Assembly: GCA_963741955.1 (NCBI GenBank)
Contig: CAVUKB010000001.1
Location: 384,001 to 448,000 of the forward strand
Direction of reading: 5' to 3'
Length of the DNA: 64,000 nucleotides
From: an uncultured Acidobacteriota bacterium
GTDB lineage: Bacteria > Acidobacteriota > Thermoanaerobaculia > Gp7-AA8
The notes under the pieces were generated by a model. The model did not search any database, was not told where the DNA came from, and was given only the letters and a program-made list of their open reading frames with translations. How positions within the stretch are numbered: position 1 is the stretch's first letter; every line of letters starts with the position of its first letter. The position numbers were made by a program, and so were the translations under genes. Below are positions 17,700 through 27,767 of the stretch, piece after piece.

Positions 17700-19538
17700 G
17701 TGTCCGAATCGACGTCGACCGCCGTTCTCGATTCCCCCACCGTGGGGCGTCCGGTATCCGTGAACGATCTGACCATCCACGTGGCCACGGTCAACGGTTC
17801 CGGATCGCAGTCCTCCAACAACGTCCTGATGCGGGCGATCTTCCAGATGGGTGTGCCGGTGAGCGGGAAGAACATGTTCCCTTCGAACATCGCCGGACTC
17901 CCGACCTGGTTCACCATCCGCGCGAATCGCGACGGATGGGTCGCGCGCAAGAAGGAAGTCGATCTGCTGGTGGCGATGAATCCGGCCACGGCGAAGGAGG
18001 ACGTCGAGGCTCTCGAACCTGGAGCGCTCTGCATTTTCGACGAGGCCCTTGCCTGCGAGCGGTACCGCGACGACGTACGTTTCTTCGCCGCTCCGTTCAC
18101 GAAACTGGCGGGGGAGGTGACCGACGATTCGCGTCTTCGGAAGCTTCTCGCCAACATGGTGTACGTCGGAGTGGTCGCGGAGCTGATCGGGATCGAGCGC
18201 GAGGAGGTCGTCCGCGCGATCGGCCGGCAGTTCAGGGACAAGAAGAAGGCGGTCGATCTCAACGTGCAGGCAGTCGACCGCGGCATCGAGTTCGCCCGGG
18301 AGAATCGTTTCCTTCAGAACGCCTTCCGGATCGAGAGGATGAACGCGACCGAGGGGAAGATCATCATCGACGGGAACTCGGCGGCCGCGATCGGCGCGAT
18401 GTTCGGCGGGGTGAGCGTGGTGACCTGGTACCCCATCACTCCGTCGACCTCCCTCTGCGAGTCGCTGATCGATTACATGAAGCGCTACCGGCTGAAGGAG
18501 GGGAAAGCCACCTTCGCCATCGTGCAGGCGGAGGACGAGCTCGCAGCGGTGGGAATGGTCCTCGGTGCGGGATGGGCTGGCGCGCGGTCGATGACCGCGA
18601 CGTCGGGTCCGGGCATCTCGCTGATGTCGGAGTTCGTCGGCCTCGGGTACTACGCCGAGCTCCCGGGTGTGATCTGGGACATCGAGCGGGTCGGACCATC
18701 GACCGGTCTGCCGACCCGCACCGCACAGGGGGATGTCCTCTCGGTCTGGTCCCTCTCTCACGGCGATACGCAGCATCCGGTACTCATTCCCGGCTCCGTC
18801 GCAGAGTGCTTCGATTTCGCGGTGGAAGCGCTGGATCTCGCGGAGATGTTGCAGACCCCCGTCTTCGTCCTCTCCGACCTGGATCTCGGAATGAACAACT
18901 GGATGTCTGACCCCTTCGTCTATCCGGAGAAACCGATCCGGCGTGGGAAGGTGCTCACGAAAGAGCGGCTGGAAGAGCTCGGGGCGAAGTGGGGACGTTA
19001 TCTGGACGTGGATGGTGACGCGGTCCCGTATCGAACCATTCCGGGGACCGATCATCCGATGGCGTCGTACTTCACGCGCGGGTCGGGGCACGACGAGTAC
19101 GCGCGCTACTCCGAAAGGCCGGGCGACTACCGGAAGAACCTCGATCGATTGAGGCGGAAGACCGACACCGCGAAGCAGTACGTTCCGAAGCCGGTGATCC
19201 GGGCGAAGGAGGGGGCCCGGATCGGGATCATCGCATTCGGGTCGAGCGATCTCGCGGTACGGGAGGCGCAGCATCAGCTCGCATCGGAGCACGACCTCCC
19301 GGTCGACTATCTGCGGATCCGCGCGCTCCCGTTCGTCGACGAGGTGCTGGAGTTCGTCACGGCGCACGAACGGGTCTACGTGGTGGAGCAGAACCGCGAT
19401 GGACAGATGGGCGACCTTTTGCGGCTCGCGGCAGGTGAGTTGCAGAACCGCATTCACAAGGTCCTGCACTACGACGGGCTTCCGCTCGATGCCCGGTCGG
19501 TCACCGACGCGGTGGTGCGCGACGAGCAGCAGGTCTGA
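17700..19538 (+). CDS. korA: 2-oxoacid:ferredoxin oxidoreductase alpha subunit (gamma-alpha fusion)
   Basis: ATVNGSGSQS, WYPITPSTS, QAEDELAA, TATSGPG, GPSTGLPT; AAGGAG RBS before GTG 17700. Confidence 0.93.
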   Translation: MSESTSTAVLDSPTVGRPVSVNDLTIHVATVNGSGSQSSNNVLMRAIFQMGVPVSGKNMFPSNIAGLPTWFTIRANRDGWVARKKEVDLLVAMNPATAKEDVEALEPGALCIFDEALACERYRDDVRFFAAPFTKLAGEVTDDSRLRKLLANMVYVGVVAELIGIEREEVVRAIGRQFRDKKKAVDLNVQAVDRGIEFARENRFLQNAFRIERMNATEGKIIIDGNSAAAIGAMFGGVSVVTWYPITPSTSLCESLIDYMKRYRLKEGKATFAIVQAEDELAAVGMVLGAGWAGARSMTATSGPGISLMSEFVGLGYYAELPGVIWDIERVGPSTGLPTRTAQGDVLSVWSLSHGDTQHPVLIPGSVAECFDFAVEALDLAEMLQTPVFVLSDLDLGMNNWMSDPFVYPEKPIRRGKVLTKERLEELGAKWGRYLDVDGDAVPYRTIPGTDHPMASYFTRGSGHDEYARYSERPGDYRKNLDRLRRKTDTAKQYVPKPVIRAKEGARIGIIAFGSSDLAVREAQHQLASEHDLPVDYLRIRALPFVDEVLEFVTAHERVYVVEQNRDGQMGDLLRLAAGELQNRIHKVLHYDGLPLDARSVTDAVVRDEQQV

Positions 19539-19561
19539 ACCGAACCCGAGGAGATCACGAC

Positions 19562-20620
19562 ATGCCGGCAATCGACAGCGTAGTGAAAACGAGGAACGAG
19601 ACGCCGAAGGAGAACCGGCTGGGGCTGAAGGCGCTCGATTACCAGGGAGGCCGCTCGACGCTCTGTGCCGGTTGCGGCCACGACGCGGTGAGCAATCAGA
19701 TCGTCCGCGCCTTTTTCGAGATGGGCGTGGAGCCGGAGAAGGTGATCAAGCTCTCCGGGATCGGTTGCTCGTCGAAGACTCCGGCGTACTTCATCTCCAG
19801 GGCGCATGGATTCAACGCCGTCCACGGCCGGATGCCCGCCGTGGCGACGGGGGCGATGCTGGCGAACAGCACTCTGGTCGGAGTCGGCGTCTCCGGGGAC
19901 GGCGACACCGCGTCGATCGGCGTCGGTCAGTTCATGCACATGATCCGGCGGAACATTCCGCTGATCTACATCGTGGAGAACAACGGCGTGTACGGGCTGA
20001 CCAAGGGTCAGTTCTCCGCCACCGCCGACGAAGGCTCGAAGCTCAAGACCGGAGTGATCAACGATCTCCCGCCGATGGACCTCTGTGCCATCGCGGTGCA
20101 GCTCGGCTGCGGGTTCGTCGCCCGCGGATTCGCGGGCGATCCGAAGCAGATGGTGAACATCCTGAAGGCGGCGGTCGCCCACAACGGCCTCTGTGTGATC
20201 GACGTCGTCTCACCGTGCGTGACGTTCAACAATCACGAAGGATCGACCAAGAGCTATCCGTATGCGAAGGAACACGAAGAGCTGCTGCACCAGATCGGGT
20301 TCGTTCCGGTGTTCGAGCAGATCGAGGTCGAGCTCGAACCGGGTGAGCTGAAGAGAGTGACGATGCACGACGGTTCCACGGTTCTCCTCAAGAGCCTGGA
20401 GGAGGAATACGATCCGTCGGATTCGCTCGCCGCGCTCGGCCGGCTCCATCAGGCGCACGAGGCGGGGGAGGTCCTCACGGGGCTCGTCTATCTGCAGCCG
20501 GAGAAGCCGAGCTTCCTCGATCTTCTCAACCTCACCGAGTCGCCTCTGGCGCACCTCGCTGCGGAGGACGCGCGTCCTCCACGGGAAGCGCTCGACGAGA
20601 TCATGCGCGAGCTGATGTAG
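19562..20620 (+). CDS. korB: 2-oxoacid:ferredoxin oxidoreductase beta subunit
   Basis: CAGCGH, SGIGCSSK, HGR, SGDGD (TPP), NNGVYGLTKGQ, SPCVTFN. Confidence 0.95.
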   Translation: MPAIDSVVKTRNETPKENRLGLKALDYQGGRSTLCAGCGHDAVSNQIVRAFFEMGVEPEKVIKLSGIGCSSKTPAYFISRAHGFNAVHGRMPAVATGAMLANSTLVGVGVSGDGDTASIGVGQFMHMIRRNIPLIYIVENNGVYGLTKGQFSATADEGSKLKTGVINDLPPMDLCAIAVQLGCGFVARGFAGDPKQMVNILKAAVAHNGLCVIDVVSPCVTFNNHEGSTKSYPYAKEHEELLHQIGFVPVFEQIEVELEPGELKRVTMHDGSTVLLKSLEEEYDPSDSLAALGRLHQAHEAGEVLTGLVYLQPEKPSFLDLLNLTESPLAHLAAEDARPPREALDEIMRELM

Positions 20621-20696
20621 AGACGGAGGGGTTTTCGGATTTGTCCGGGAATGGCGGCTTGCGCGAGAGGCGCGAGTGCCGGTTCGCGGATGTAGA

Positions 20697-20857
20697 GGAG
20701 CGCCGGCTTCAAGCCGGCTGCGGTCAGGCCTCCGTGCCTGACCGCGAGGATCTCGGGAGAATCGAGCGATTCTCGCATTGTGCAAGATTGCGGATGAAGG
20801 GCACGGGGTGGCGAGCGCGGGGCGCTCGCCACGAGCCGGCAGAGATGCCGGCGCCCC
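20697..20857. repeat. Inverted REP doublet between convergent genes
   Basis: GGAGCGCCGGCTTCAAGCCGGC ... GCCGGCAGAGATGCCGGCGCCCC. Confidence 0.55.
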
Positions 20858-20878
20858 AGGGCCGGAGATGTTGGCGCG

Positions 20879-21928
20879 CTACGCCACCGCGGATTCGTCG
20901 ATGGTCACCGTGCCGGCGTCGGCGTCGAGCGTTCCGGTCAATCCGAGCGGGAGAGTGATCTTTTTTTCGATGTGACCGAACGCGAATCCGGAGAGTACCG
21001 GAACGCCGAGTGAGCCGAAGTGATCGCGGATCACTTCCTCCTCGCTGAACGACGGCACGCTCTTCGGGACGCACTGGGTGCAGCGTCCCCAGACTACGCC
21101 CTTCACCCGGTCGAACTTGCCGCCCTCCTGGAGCTGGGTCAGCATCCGGTCGATCCGGTACGGCTCTTCGTGGATGTCCTCGAGAAAGAGCAGGCCGCCC
21201 GCGGTGTCGACTTCGTACGGCGTTCCCATCAGGGCGGACATGAGGGTCAGGTTTCCACCGACGATCCGGCCGCTCCCTTTTCCGGAGCGGACGGCGAAGG
21301 TGTGCCACTGCCGGTTCACGAGCTCGGTGTCCTTCCTGGGAGGATTGGAAAGGACCCCGATCGGGGCGTCGGACATGACGGCCTTCTTCAGGTTCTCGAG
21401 CGTGTAGGGCTCGAGAGTCGAATCAGCGACCGGTCCGTGGAACGTGACCAGGCCGGTGCGCTGATGGACTGTGTTGATCAGCGCGGTGATGTCGCTGTAG
21501 CCGATCAGCACCTTCGGGTTGCGCCGGATCAGCTGGTAGTCGAGAAAGGGGAGAATCCGCGGCGTGCCCCACCCCCCGGTGAAGCAGAAGATGCCGTCGA
21601 CTTCGGGGTCGGCGAACATCGCGTTCACGTCCGAGGCGCGGTCGCGGTCGGTTCCCGCGAACGAACCGTAGCGGTCGAACACGTGCGCACCGAATTTCAC
21701 TTTGAATCCGAGTGCCTCGAGCCGTTCCTTCGAGAGGTTGATGTCCTCCGCTTCGAATGAGAGAGAAGCGGGAAGGACGATGCCGACGGTATCGCCTTCT
21801 TTCAGCCGCGGAGGCTTGATCACTCCGCTGCTGCTCTTCGGCTCGACGGCGGGCGCGGGAACCGGGCCGGCGAGCGCTGCGACGGATGCGAGAGCGGTGA
21901 GGCGGGCGAAATCTCGGCGTGTGAACAT
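20879..21928 (-). CDS. ldcA: LD-carboxypeptidase (peptidase S66) with Tat signal
   Basis: TRRDF twin-arginine signal; GYSDITAL, GGNL, FLED, FGH motifs. Confidence 0.92.
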   Translation of the reverse strand: MFTRRDFARLTALASVAALAGPVPAPAVEPKSSSGVIKPPRLKEGDTVGIVLPASLSFEAEDINLSKERLEALGFKVKFGAHVFDRYGSFAGTDRDRASDVNAMFADPEVDGIFCFTGGWGTPRILPFLDYQLIRRNPKVLIGYSDITALINTVHQRTGLVTFHGPVADSTLEPYTLENLKKAVMSDAPIGVLSNPPRKDTELVNRQWHTFAVRSGKGSGRIVGGNLTLMSALMGTPYEVDTAGGLLFLEDIHEEPYRIDRMLTQLQEGGKFDRVKGVVWGRCTQCVPKSVPSFSEEEVIRDHFGSLGVPVLSGFAFGHIEKKITLPLGLTGTLDADAGTVTIDESAVA

Positions 21929-21988
21929 GCGCGAGATTGTAGCGCGGAGGCGACGGGAATTTCGAATTCCGCGAACCGGAGCGGCGCG

Positions 21989-22864
21989 TCAGCGATCGAC
22001 CGGTTCCGCGTGGACGGTGATCACCACGCGGGGAAACGCGCTCCGGATCCGGGCCTTCACCATCTCCGTCAGTTCGTGTGCGCGGTCGAACGAGACTCTC
22101 CGGTCGATTCGGAGCTCGAACTCGATGAAGCGCACTCCGGCGGCGCGACGGGTGCGGAGATCGGCGAAGTCGACCACCTCGGGGTCCGACTCTTCGATCG
22201 AGCGCATCACCGCGGCGAGCTCCGACTCGGGGAGGGAACGATCCATCAGATCGTTGCCCGCGTTCCAGATCAGGTAGATCGAGTTCCAGCCGATCCAGGC
22301 CGCGACGGTGATCCCGAGAATCGAGTCGTAGACCGGATTGCCCGAGTAGCGGACCACGATCAGCGCGATGATCGTCGCTGCGTTGGCCACGAAGTCACTC
22401 GAGTAGTGAAGAGCATCGCTCGCGAGCGCGGAGCTCTCTTCTCTCACCGCGTTCCTTTTCAGGTACGAGGTGATCGCGAAGGTCGCGATCATCGAGCCGA
22501 CCATCGCCGCGACTGCGACGATGGACGCGTCGAGCGGCTCCGGATCGGCGATCCGATGCACCGCGCGCGCGCCGAGATAAAGGCTGCCGGAGAAGAGGAG
22601 CGCTCCCTGGAAGAGCGCCGCGAGATGCTCGGCCTTTCCGTGGCCGAACGGGTGGTCCTCGTCCGGAGGTTTTGCGGCAATGGTCAGGAAGACGAAGTTG
22701 ACGAACGAGGCGAGCATGTCGCCCGCCGAGTCGAGTGCCGACGAGAGGACCGCGATGGAGCCCGACGAGAATCCGACCACCGCCTTGGCCGCGGCGAGGA
22801 GTCCTGCCGCTCCGGCGACATTCAGCGCCACTCTCCGGGACGTTCGTCCCTCTTGGTCCGTCAC
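21989..22864 (-). CDS. Cation diffusion facilitator (FieF-like)
   Basis: SSALDSAGD, PPDEDHPFGHGKAE, SDALHYSSD, ITVHAEP. Confidence 0.92.
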   Translation of the reverse strand: MTDQEGRTSRRVALNVAGAAGLLAAAKAVVGFSSGSIAVLSSALDSAGDMLASFVNFVFLTIAAKPPDEDHPFGHGKAEHLAALFQGALLFSGSLYLGARAVHRIADPEPLDASIVAVAAMVGSMIATFAITSYLKRNAVREESSALASDALHYSSDFVANAATIIALIVVRYSGNPVYDSILGITVAAWIGWNSIYLIWNAGNDLMDRSLPESELAAVMRSIEESDPEVVDFADLRTRRAAGVRFIEFELRIDRRVSFDRAHELTEMVKARIRSAFPRVVITVHAEPVDR

Positions 22865-22964
22865 GGGCTCATCTTATCGGAGGAGGGAGGAGGGAGACCA
22901 GAGGAAAGCGGCGAGCGACGAGCGGCGAGCGAAGAGTGAAGGGGGCGGGGGGCCGGGGGCCGGA

Positions 22965-23120
22965 GCTATTCAGATCCTCGATCCCAGATCCTCGATCTCA
23001 GATGCTATTCAGATCCTCGATCCCAGATCCTCGATCTCAGATGCTATTCAGATCCTCGATCTCAGATCCTAGATCTCAGATGCTTTACAGATCCTCGATC
23101 TCAGATCCTAGATCTCAGAT
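22965..23120. repeat. Four 39-bp tandem repeats built of (A/C)GATCCT-like heptamers
   Basis: GCTATTCAGATCCTCGATC(C/T)CAGATCCT(C/A)GATCTCAGAT at 22965, 23004, 23043 and 23082. Confidence 0.9.
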
Positions 23121-23126
23121 GCTTTT

Positions 23127-23975
23127 CTACTCTTTCATCTCTTTCCGGTACTTCGGATCGAGGGCATCGATCAGGCCGTCGCCGAGGAAGTTCAGCCCCA
23201 TCACCGCGAGCATGATGGCGATGCCGGGATAGATGGCGAGATGGTTGGCGATGCCGAGATAGCGGCGTCCGGCGGTGAGCATGGCGCCCCAGGAGGGAGT
23301 GGGGGGCTGGACGCCGAGGCCGAGAAACGAGAGTGCCGCTTCGGCGAGGATGGCCCCGGCGAGTCCGAGGGTCGCCATGACGATCACCGGATTGATCACA
23401 TTCGGGAGGACGTGGCGCAGAAGAATCCGGTGGGGACGTGCCCCGAGGGCCTTCGCCGCGGTGACGTACTCCATCTCCCGGATTTTCAAGACCTGACCCC
23501 GGGTCAGGCGTGCGTAACCGACCCATCCGATGGTCGCGAGGGCGAGAATGACGTTGTTCAGACTCGGTCCGAGCACTGCCACCAGCGCGATGGCCAGGAG
23601 TATCCCGGGAAACGCCAGCAGAACGTCCGAGAAGCGCATGATGATGGTATCCAGCCATCCCCCGGCGTAACCCGCGAGCGCGCCGAGGAAGATGCCGAGC
23701 GAGGCGGCGAGAAGGACGACGCTGAATCCGACCCGGAGAGAGACCCGGGCCCCCCAGATCACCCGCGAGAGGACGTCCCGACCGAGATCGTCCAGACCGA
23801 GCGGATGGGCGTGAGACGGTCCCTCGAGCCGGAGCCGGGTCTGCTGGACGTCGGGATCGTACGGCGCGATCACCGGAGCGGCGAGTGCCACCACGATCAG
23901 CGCGAGCGTGATCGCTCCGCCGATGGTGAGGGCGAAGTGTCGCGAGAATTTCCGGTAGAGAGTGAGTGCCACCAT
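23127..23975 (-). CDS. dppC: Peptide/nickel ABC transporter permease
   Basis: HPLGLDDLGRDVLSR, EYVTAAKALGA (EAA loop), LSFLGLGVQPPTPSWG. Confidence 0.9.
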   Translation of the reverse strand: MVALTLYRKFSRHFALTIGGAITLALIVVALAAPVIAPYDPDVQQTRLRLEGPSHAHPLGLDDLGRDVLSRVIWGARVSLRVGFSVVLLAASLGIFLGALAGYAGGWLDTIIMRFSDVLLAFPGILLAIALVAVLGPSLNNVILALATIGWVGYARLTRGQVLKIREMEYVTAAKALGARPHRILLRHVLPNVINPVIVMATLGLAGAILAEAALSFLGLGVQPPTPSWGAMLTAGRRYLGIANHLAIYPGIAIMLAVMGLNFLGDGLIDALDPKYRKEMKE

Positions 23976-23976
23976 A

Positions 23977-24900
23977 TCAGTCGTACGAGATCCTCGGGTC
24001 GATGAACCCGTAGACCAGGTCGGTGAGGAGATTCACGATGATGTAGGTCAGAGCAATCACCAGGATCGACGCCTGCACCTGCGGGTAATCGCGTGAGGTG
24101 ATCGACTGGATCAGGAGCCGCCCGAGCCCGGGCCAGGAGAAGATCTGCTCGGTGATGATCGCGCCGGTGAGAAGAGAGCCGAACTGCAGGCCGACGATGG
24201 TGATCACCGGAATCAGGGCGTTCCGCAGCGCGTGCACGAACACCGTCTTGAACCGGCTCACTCCCTTCGCCCGCGCCGTGGTGACGTAGAGCTGGCCCAG
24301 TTCTTCGGCCAGGCTGACGCGGATCATCCGGGTGAGGATGGCCGAAAGGGCGAGCCCCATGGTCAGGGACGGGAGAACGATGGAACGGAAGCCGGCCTCG
24401 CGTCCGGAGACCGGGAACCAGGGCAACTGAATGGCGAAGAGGATGATCAGGAGCGGGCCGAACCAGAAGCTCGGCATGGAGACGCCGATCAGGGCGAAGA
24501 AGCGCGCGACGTTGTCGATCCACGAGTTTCGATAGATCGCCGACGCGATTCCGAGCGGGAATGCGACGAGGAGTGCGACGACCATCCCACCGAACGCGAG
24601 CTCGAGCGTTGCCGGATACCGCTGTCGGATCTGGGTGGAGACTTTCGTGTCGGTTCGGAACGAGCGCCCCAGGTCTCCGTGGAGGAGTCCACCGACGTAG
24701 TTCACGTATTGGGTGAGGAGCGGCTTGTCGAGGCCGAGCTGATGCCGGATCTGCAGGATGTCCTGCGGCCGGGCGTTCTCTCCGGCGATCTGCACGGCGG
24801 GATCGCCGGGGATGAGATGGATCAGCGAGAAGATGAGGGTGATGATCCCGAGGGTGATCGGAATGACCTGAAGTGTTCTTCGGATCAGGAACTGCGTCAT
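23977..24900 (-). CDS. dppB: Peptide/nickel ABC transporter permease
   Basis: IPGDPA, GDLGRS, YVTTARAKG, HALRNA, FSWPGLG, RDYP. Confidence 0.9.
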   Translation of the reverse strand: MTQFLIRRTLQVIPITLGIITLIFSLIHLIPGDPAVQIAGENARPQDILQIRHQLGLDKPLLTQYVNYVGGLLHGDLGRSFRTDTKVSTQIRQRYPATLELAFGGMVVALLVAFPLGIASAIYRNSWIDNVARFFALIGVSMPSFWFGPLLIILFAIQLPWFPVSGREAGFRSIVLPSLTMGLALSAILTRMIRVSLAEELGQLYVTTARAKGVSRFKTVFVHALRNALIPVITIVGLQFGSLLTGAIITEQIFSWPGLGRLLIQSITSRDYPQVQASILVIALTYIIVNLLTDLVYGFIDPRISYD

Positions 24901-25042
24901 CGTGTCGGGCTATCCTATCAAAGCCGAGTGATCAGCAATTCAAGCAGGGTGCCGGGATCGGGGATCGGGGGTCCGGGGTCGGGGATCGGAGGTCAGGGGC
25001 ATGCGCACAAACTTTGAGGAGCGAAATGAAGCCATCGCCCGA

Positions 25043-25133
25043 CGAATGCAGAATGCAGAGTTCAGAATTGAGAATGAAGAAGGGCTGGGGTCGCTTCTCA
25101 GCTCTCAATTCTGCATTTTGCATTCTGCATTCG
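25043..25133. repeat. Inverted heptamer repeats (GAATGCA)n/(TGCATTC)n forming a long hairpin
   Basis: GAATGCAGAATGCAGAGTTCAGAATTGAGA ... TCTCAATTCTGCATTTTGCATTCTGCATTC. Confidence 0.8.
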
Positions 25134-25396
25134 TCCTTGCCGACCCGATTCGCAGGGCTGTGCACTCACGAGAAAGGCAAAAGTTAGTGCGTACGGGGGT
25201 CAGGGGGCTGGAGGCGCGGGGGGGCGGGAAGATTCACACCTGAATGTTGACAGAATAATATTCTTTAGATTAACGATGTATTAGAATTTTATTCTGCATA
25301 TCGTGTATCTCTGCGCATTTGTGATGGGGTATTAATGCTGTAGAGAGAACATTCTTCTCCCTGCTTTCAGCCCCCGGACCCCCGGACCCCCGAGCA

Positions 25397-26173
25397 TCAT
25401 CGCGAGGCGAGCACTTCGCTCAGGAACTCCAGTCCGTGCAACGTCCGCGTTCCGTGCCACGTGAAGAGGTGACCCGGAAACGGGCCGATCACGTTCCACT
25501 CTCCAACTGATCTCATCTCGTCCGCATCCGCAGTGGTGAAGGCATACGGTTCGTCGGGGAGGAACACGATGTCGGGAGTGAGCGCAGCGACCAAGGCGGG
25601 CTCATGGCTGGGGTACCGCAGTTCGTCGCGCAGTACGTTCCGGCCTCCGGCGGCTTCGACGAGACTCGAGACGTACGTGTCGCCGCCGCACCACATCCAG
25701 GGACGTTTCCAGATCGCGCAGGCGAACGTGAAGCTCTCGCGACTCTCCGTCCGCTCGATCTCTTCCCGAATGGCATAGCACCACCGGGCTGCGCGGTCCG
25801 GCACGTGATGGATCGCCCCGAGGCTGCCGATCAGCGAGACGACATCACCGATGCTCTTCGGCTCCGTGACGAAGAGCTTCGTGAATGCCCCGATCGCCTC
25901 CGCATCGCGACGGAGGTTCTCTTCGAGATTCATGTAGACGAGGTCCGGTTCGAGAGCGCGAATCGCCTCGATGTCCGGGTTCTTCGTCCCGCCGACCTTC
26001 GGCAGCGCCTCGACGCGCTCCGCCGGAAAGATGCAGAACCGCGTGACTCCGGCCACGCTCCCTCCGGCGCCGATGTCGAAGAGTGATTCGGTGACCGACG
26101 GGACGAGCGACACCACCCGTCGCGGAGGCGGCTCGTCGGGATCCACGGTGTTGCCGATGAGGTCAGTGATCAT
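25397..26173 (-). CDS. Helical-backbone metal receptor (BtuF-like substrate-binding protein)
   Basis: RVVSLVPSVTESL, VGGTKNPD, NLEEN, PDEPYAF, WHGTR. Confidence 0.85.
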   Translation of the reverse strand: MITDLIGNTVDPDEPPPRRVVSLVPSVTESLFDIGAGGSVAGVTRFCIFPAERVEALPKVGGTKNPDIEAIRALEPDLVYMNLEENLRRDAEAIGAFTKLFVTEPKSIGDVVSLIGSLGAIHHVPDRAARWCYAIREEIERTESRESFTFACAIWKRPWMWCGGDTYVSSLVEAAGGRNVLRDELRYPSHEPALVAALTPDIVFLPDEPYAFTTADADEMRSVGEWNVIGPFPGHLFTWHGTRTLHGLEFLSEVLASR

Positions 26174-26222
26174 GGGAAAAAAGCGTAGCGGAGAGGGATT
26201 TCTCCGGATCGAGCTTCCGGTA

Positions 26223-27620
26223 CTACTCGGGGAAGATCTTCCCCGGATTGAGAATCCCCTCCGGATCGAAGACGTCCTTGATCCGCCGCATCAGAGCGAT
26301 CTCCGCGGAGCCCTGGGTGATCGGAAGGTAATCCTTCTGTACCCACCCGATGCCGTGCTCTCCGGAGACCTGACCCCCGAGCTTCGCAGTGAGTACGAAG
26401 ATCTCACGGATCGCACCGGGAAGGGCGTCGCGCCACTGCTCGTCGCTGACGGTCTTGATGATGTTGCAGTGGATGTTGCCGTCGCCTGCGTGGCCGTAGC
26501 AGATGGTCATCAGGCCGTGCCGCCCGGCGATCTCCTTCACTCCGCGGATCAGCTCCGGAATCCTGTTGCGAGGAACGACGGTGTCCTCTTCCTTGTAGAT
26601 GTTGATCGACTTGACCGCCTCGCCGATGCATCGCCGCAGCGCCCAGATCTCGCGCATGCGCGGCGCGTCCTCTGCCATCAGCACATCCTCGGCTTCTGCC
26701 TCGAAGCACGCTTCACCCATCAGCATCGCTTCGTCGTCCACCCTCTGCTCGCTGTGGCCGTCCGCCTCCAGCAGCAGATGCGCCGCCGCGGCCGAGTTGG
26801 GCCACTCCTTTCCGAGCTGGCGCACTGCGCACATCACCGCGTCCTGCTCCATCAGCTCGCACGCACTCGGCTGGACTCCCCTGGCGAAGATGGCGACCAC
26901 CGCGTTCGCCGCCGCTTCCAGCGAGGAGAAAGAGGCGAGAAGCACCTTGCGGTGAGGGGGCCAGGGGATCAGTTTCATGTACAGCTTGGTCAGGATCGCG
27001 AGCGTACCCTCCGAGCCGACCAGGAGCTGAGTCAGGTTGTACCCGCTCACGTCCTTGTAAAGCTTTCCTCCCGTCCGGATCAGCGAACCGTCCGGGAGAA
27101 CGGCTTCGGCGCCGAGCACGTAGTCCTTCGTCACGCCGTACTTCACCGCACGCGGCCCACCGGCATTCTCGGCGACGTTGCCGCCGAGCGTGCACGAGCC
27201 GCGCGACGCGGGGTCGGGAGGATAGAAGAGGCCCACCTTCTCCACCTCTTCCTGGAACACCTGCGTGATCACTCCCGGCTCGACCACTCCCACCAGATTC
27301 TCCCGGTCGATCTCCACGATCGAGTTCATCCGATGGCAGGAAAAGAGAATCCCGCCGCGCACCGGAAGGGCCCCTCCGCTGAGCCCCGTTCCTCCCGCAC
27401 GCGGAGTGAGCGGAATCCGGTGCTCGTACGCGATGCGGACCATCGCCTGAACCTCTGCAGTCGTGCGGGGAAGCGCCGCAACCTCCGGCATGAAGACGAG
27501 ATCTTCCGTGTAATCCGACGCGAAAGGCCGGAGCTCCTCCGCGCTGGTGACGACCGAATCGTCGCCGAGCGCGTCTCGGAGCTTTGCGATGACTTCGGGA
27601 GTGATGCGGCTCTCGGACAT
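26223..27620 (-). CDS. FAD-linked oxidase (GlcD/D-lactate dehydrogenase-like)
   Basis: GGTGLSGG, YPPDPAS, GSEGTL, GHAGDGNIH, SGEHGIG, DPEGILNPGK. Confidence 0.92.
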   Translation of the reverse strand: MSESRITPEVIAKLRDALGDDSVVTSAEELRPFASDYTEDLVFMPEVAALPRTTAEVQAMVRIAYEHRIPLTPRAGGTGLSGGALPVRGGILFSCHRMNSIVEIDRENLVGVVEPGVITQVFQEEVEKVGLFYPPDPASRGSCTLGGNVAENAGGPRAVKYGVTKDYVLGAEAVLPDGSLIRTGGKLYKDVSGYNLTQLLVGSEGTLAILTKLYMKLIPWPPHRKVLLASFSSLEAAANAVVAIFARGVQPSACELMEQDAVMCAVRQLGKEWPNSAAAAHLLLEADGHSEQRVDDEAMLMGEACFEAEAEDVLMAEDAPRMREIWALRRCIGEAVKSINIYKEEDTVVPRNRIPELIRGVKEIAGRHGLMTICYGHAGDGNIHCNIIKTVSDEQWRDALPGAIREIFVLTAKLGGQVSGEHGIGWVQKDYLPITQGSAEIALMRRIKDVFDPEGILNPGKIFPE

Positions 27621-27630
27621 GCGAGGATTG

Positions 27631-27767
27631 TATCTAGTATCTGGTATGTATTATCTGGTATCTGGGATCCAGGAGCTGAGATCCTGGATGAGCGCAGAGC
27701 TCGGAAGTCGGCTCTCGGCTCTCAGATACCAGATACCAGATACTCGATACTAGATACTAGATACTAG
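27631..27767. repeat. Inverted heptamer repeats (TATCTRG)n/(YAGATAC)n
   Basis: TATCTAGTATCTGG... and CAGATACCAGATACCAGATACTCGATACTAGATACTAGATAC. Confidence 0.8.

Noticed and set aside
17616-19571. Long antisense ORFs opposite korA and other housekeeping genes
   Set aside because: Typical shadow ORFs of high-GC coding sequence
22965-23120. CRISPR or coding repeat
   Set aside because: Head-to-tail heptamer-based tandem repeat without spacers
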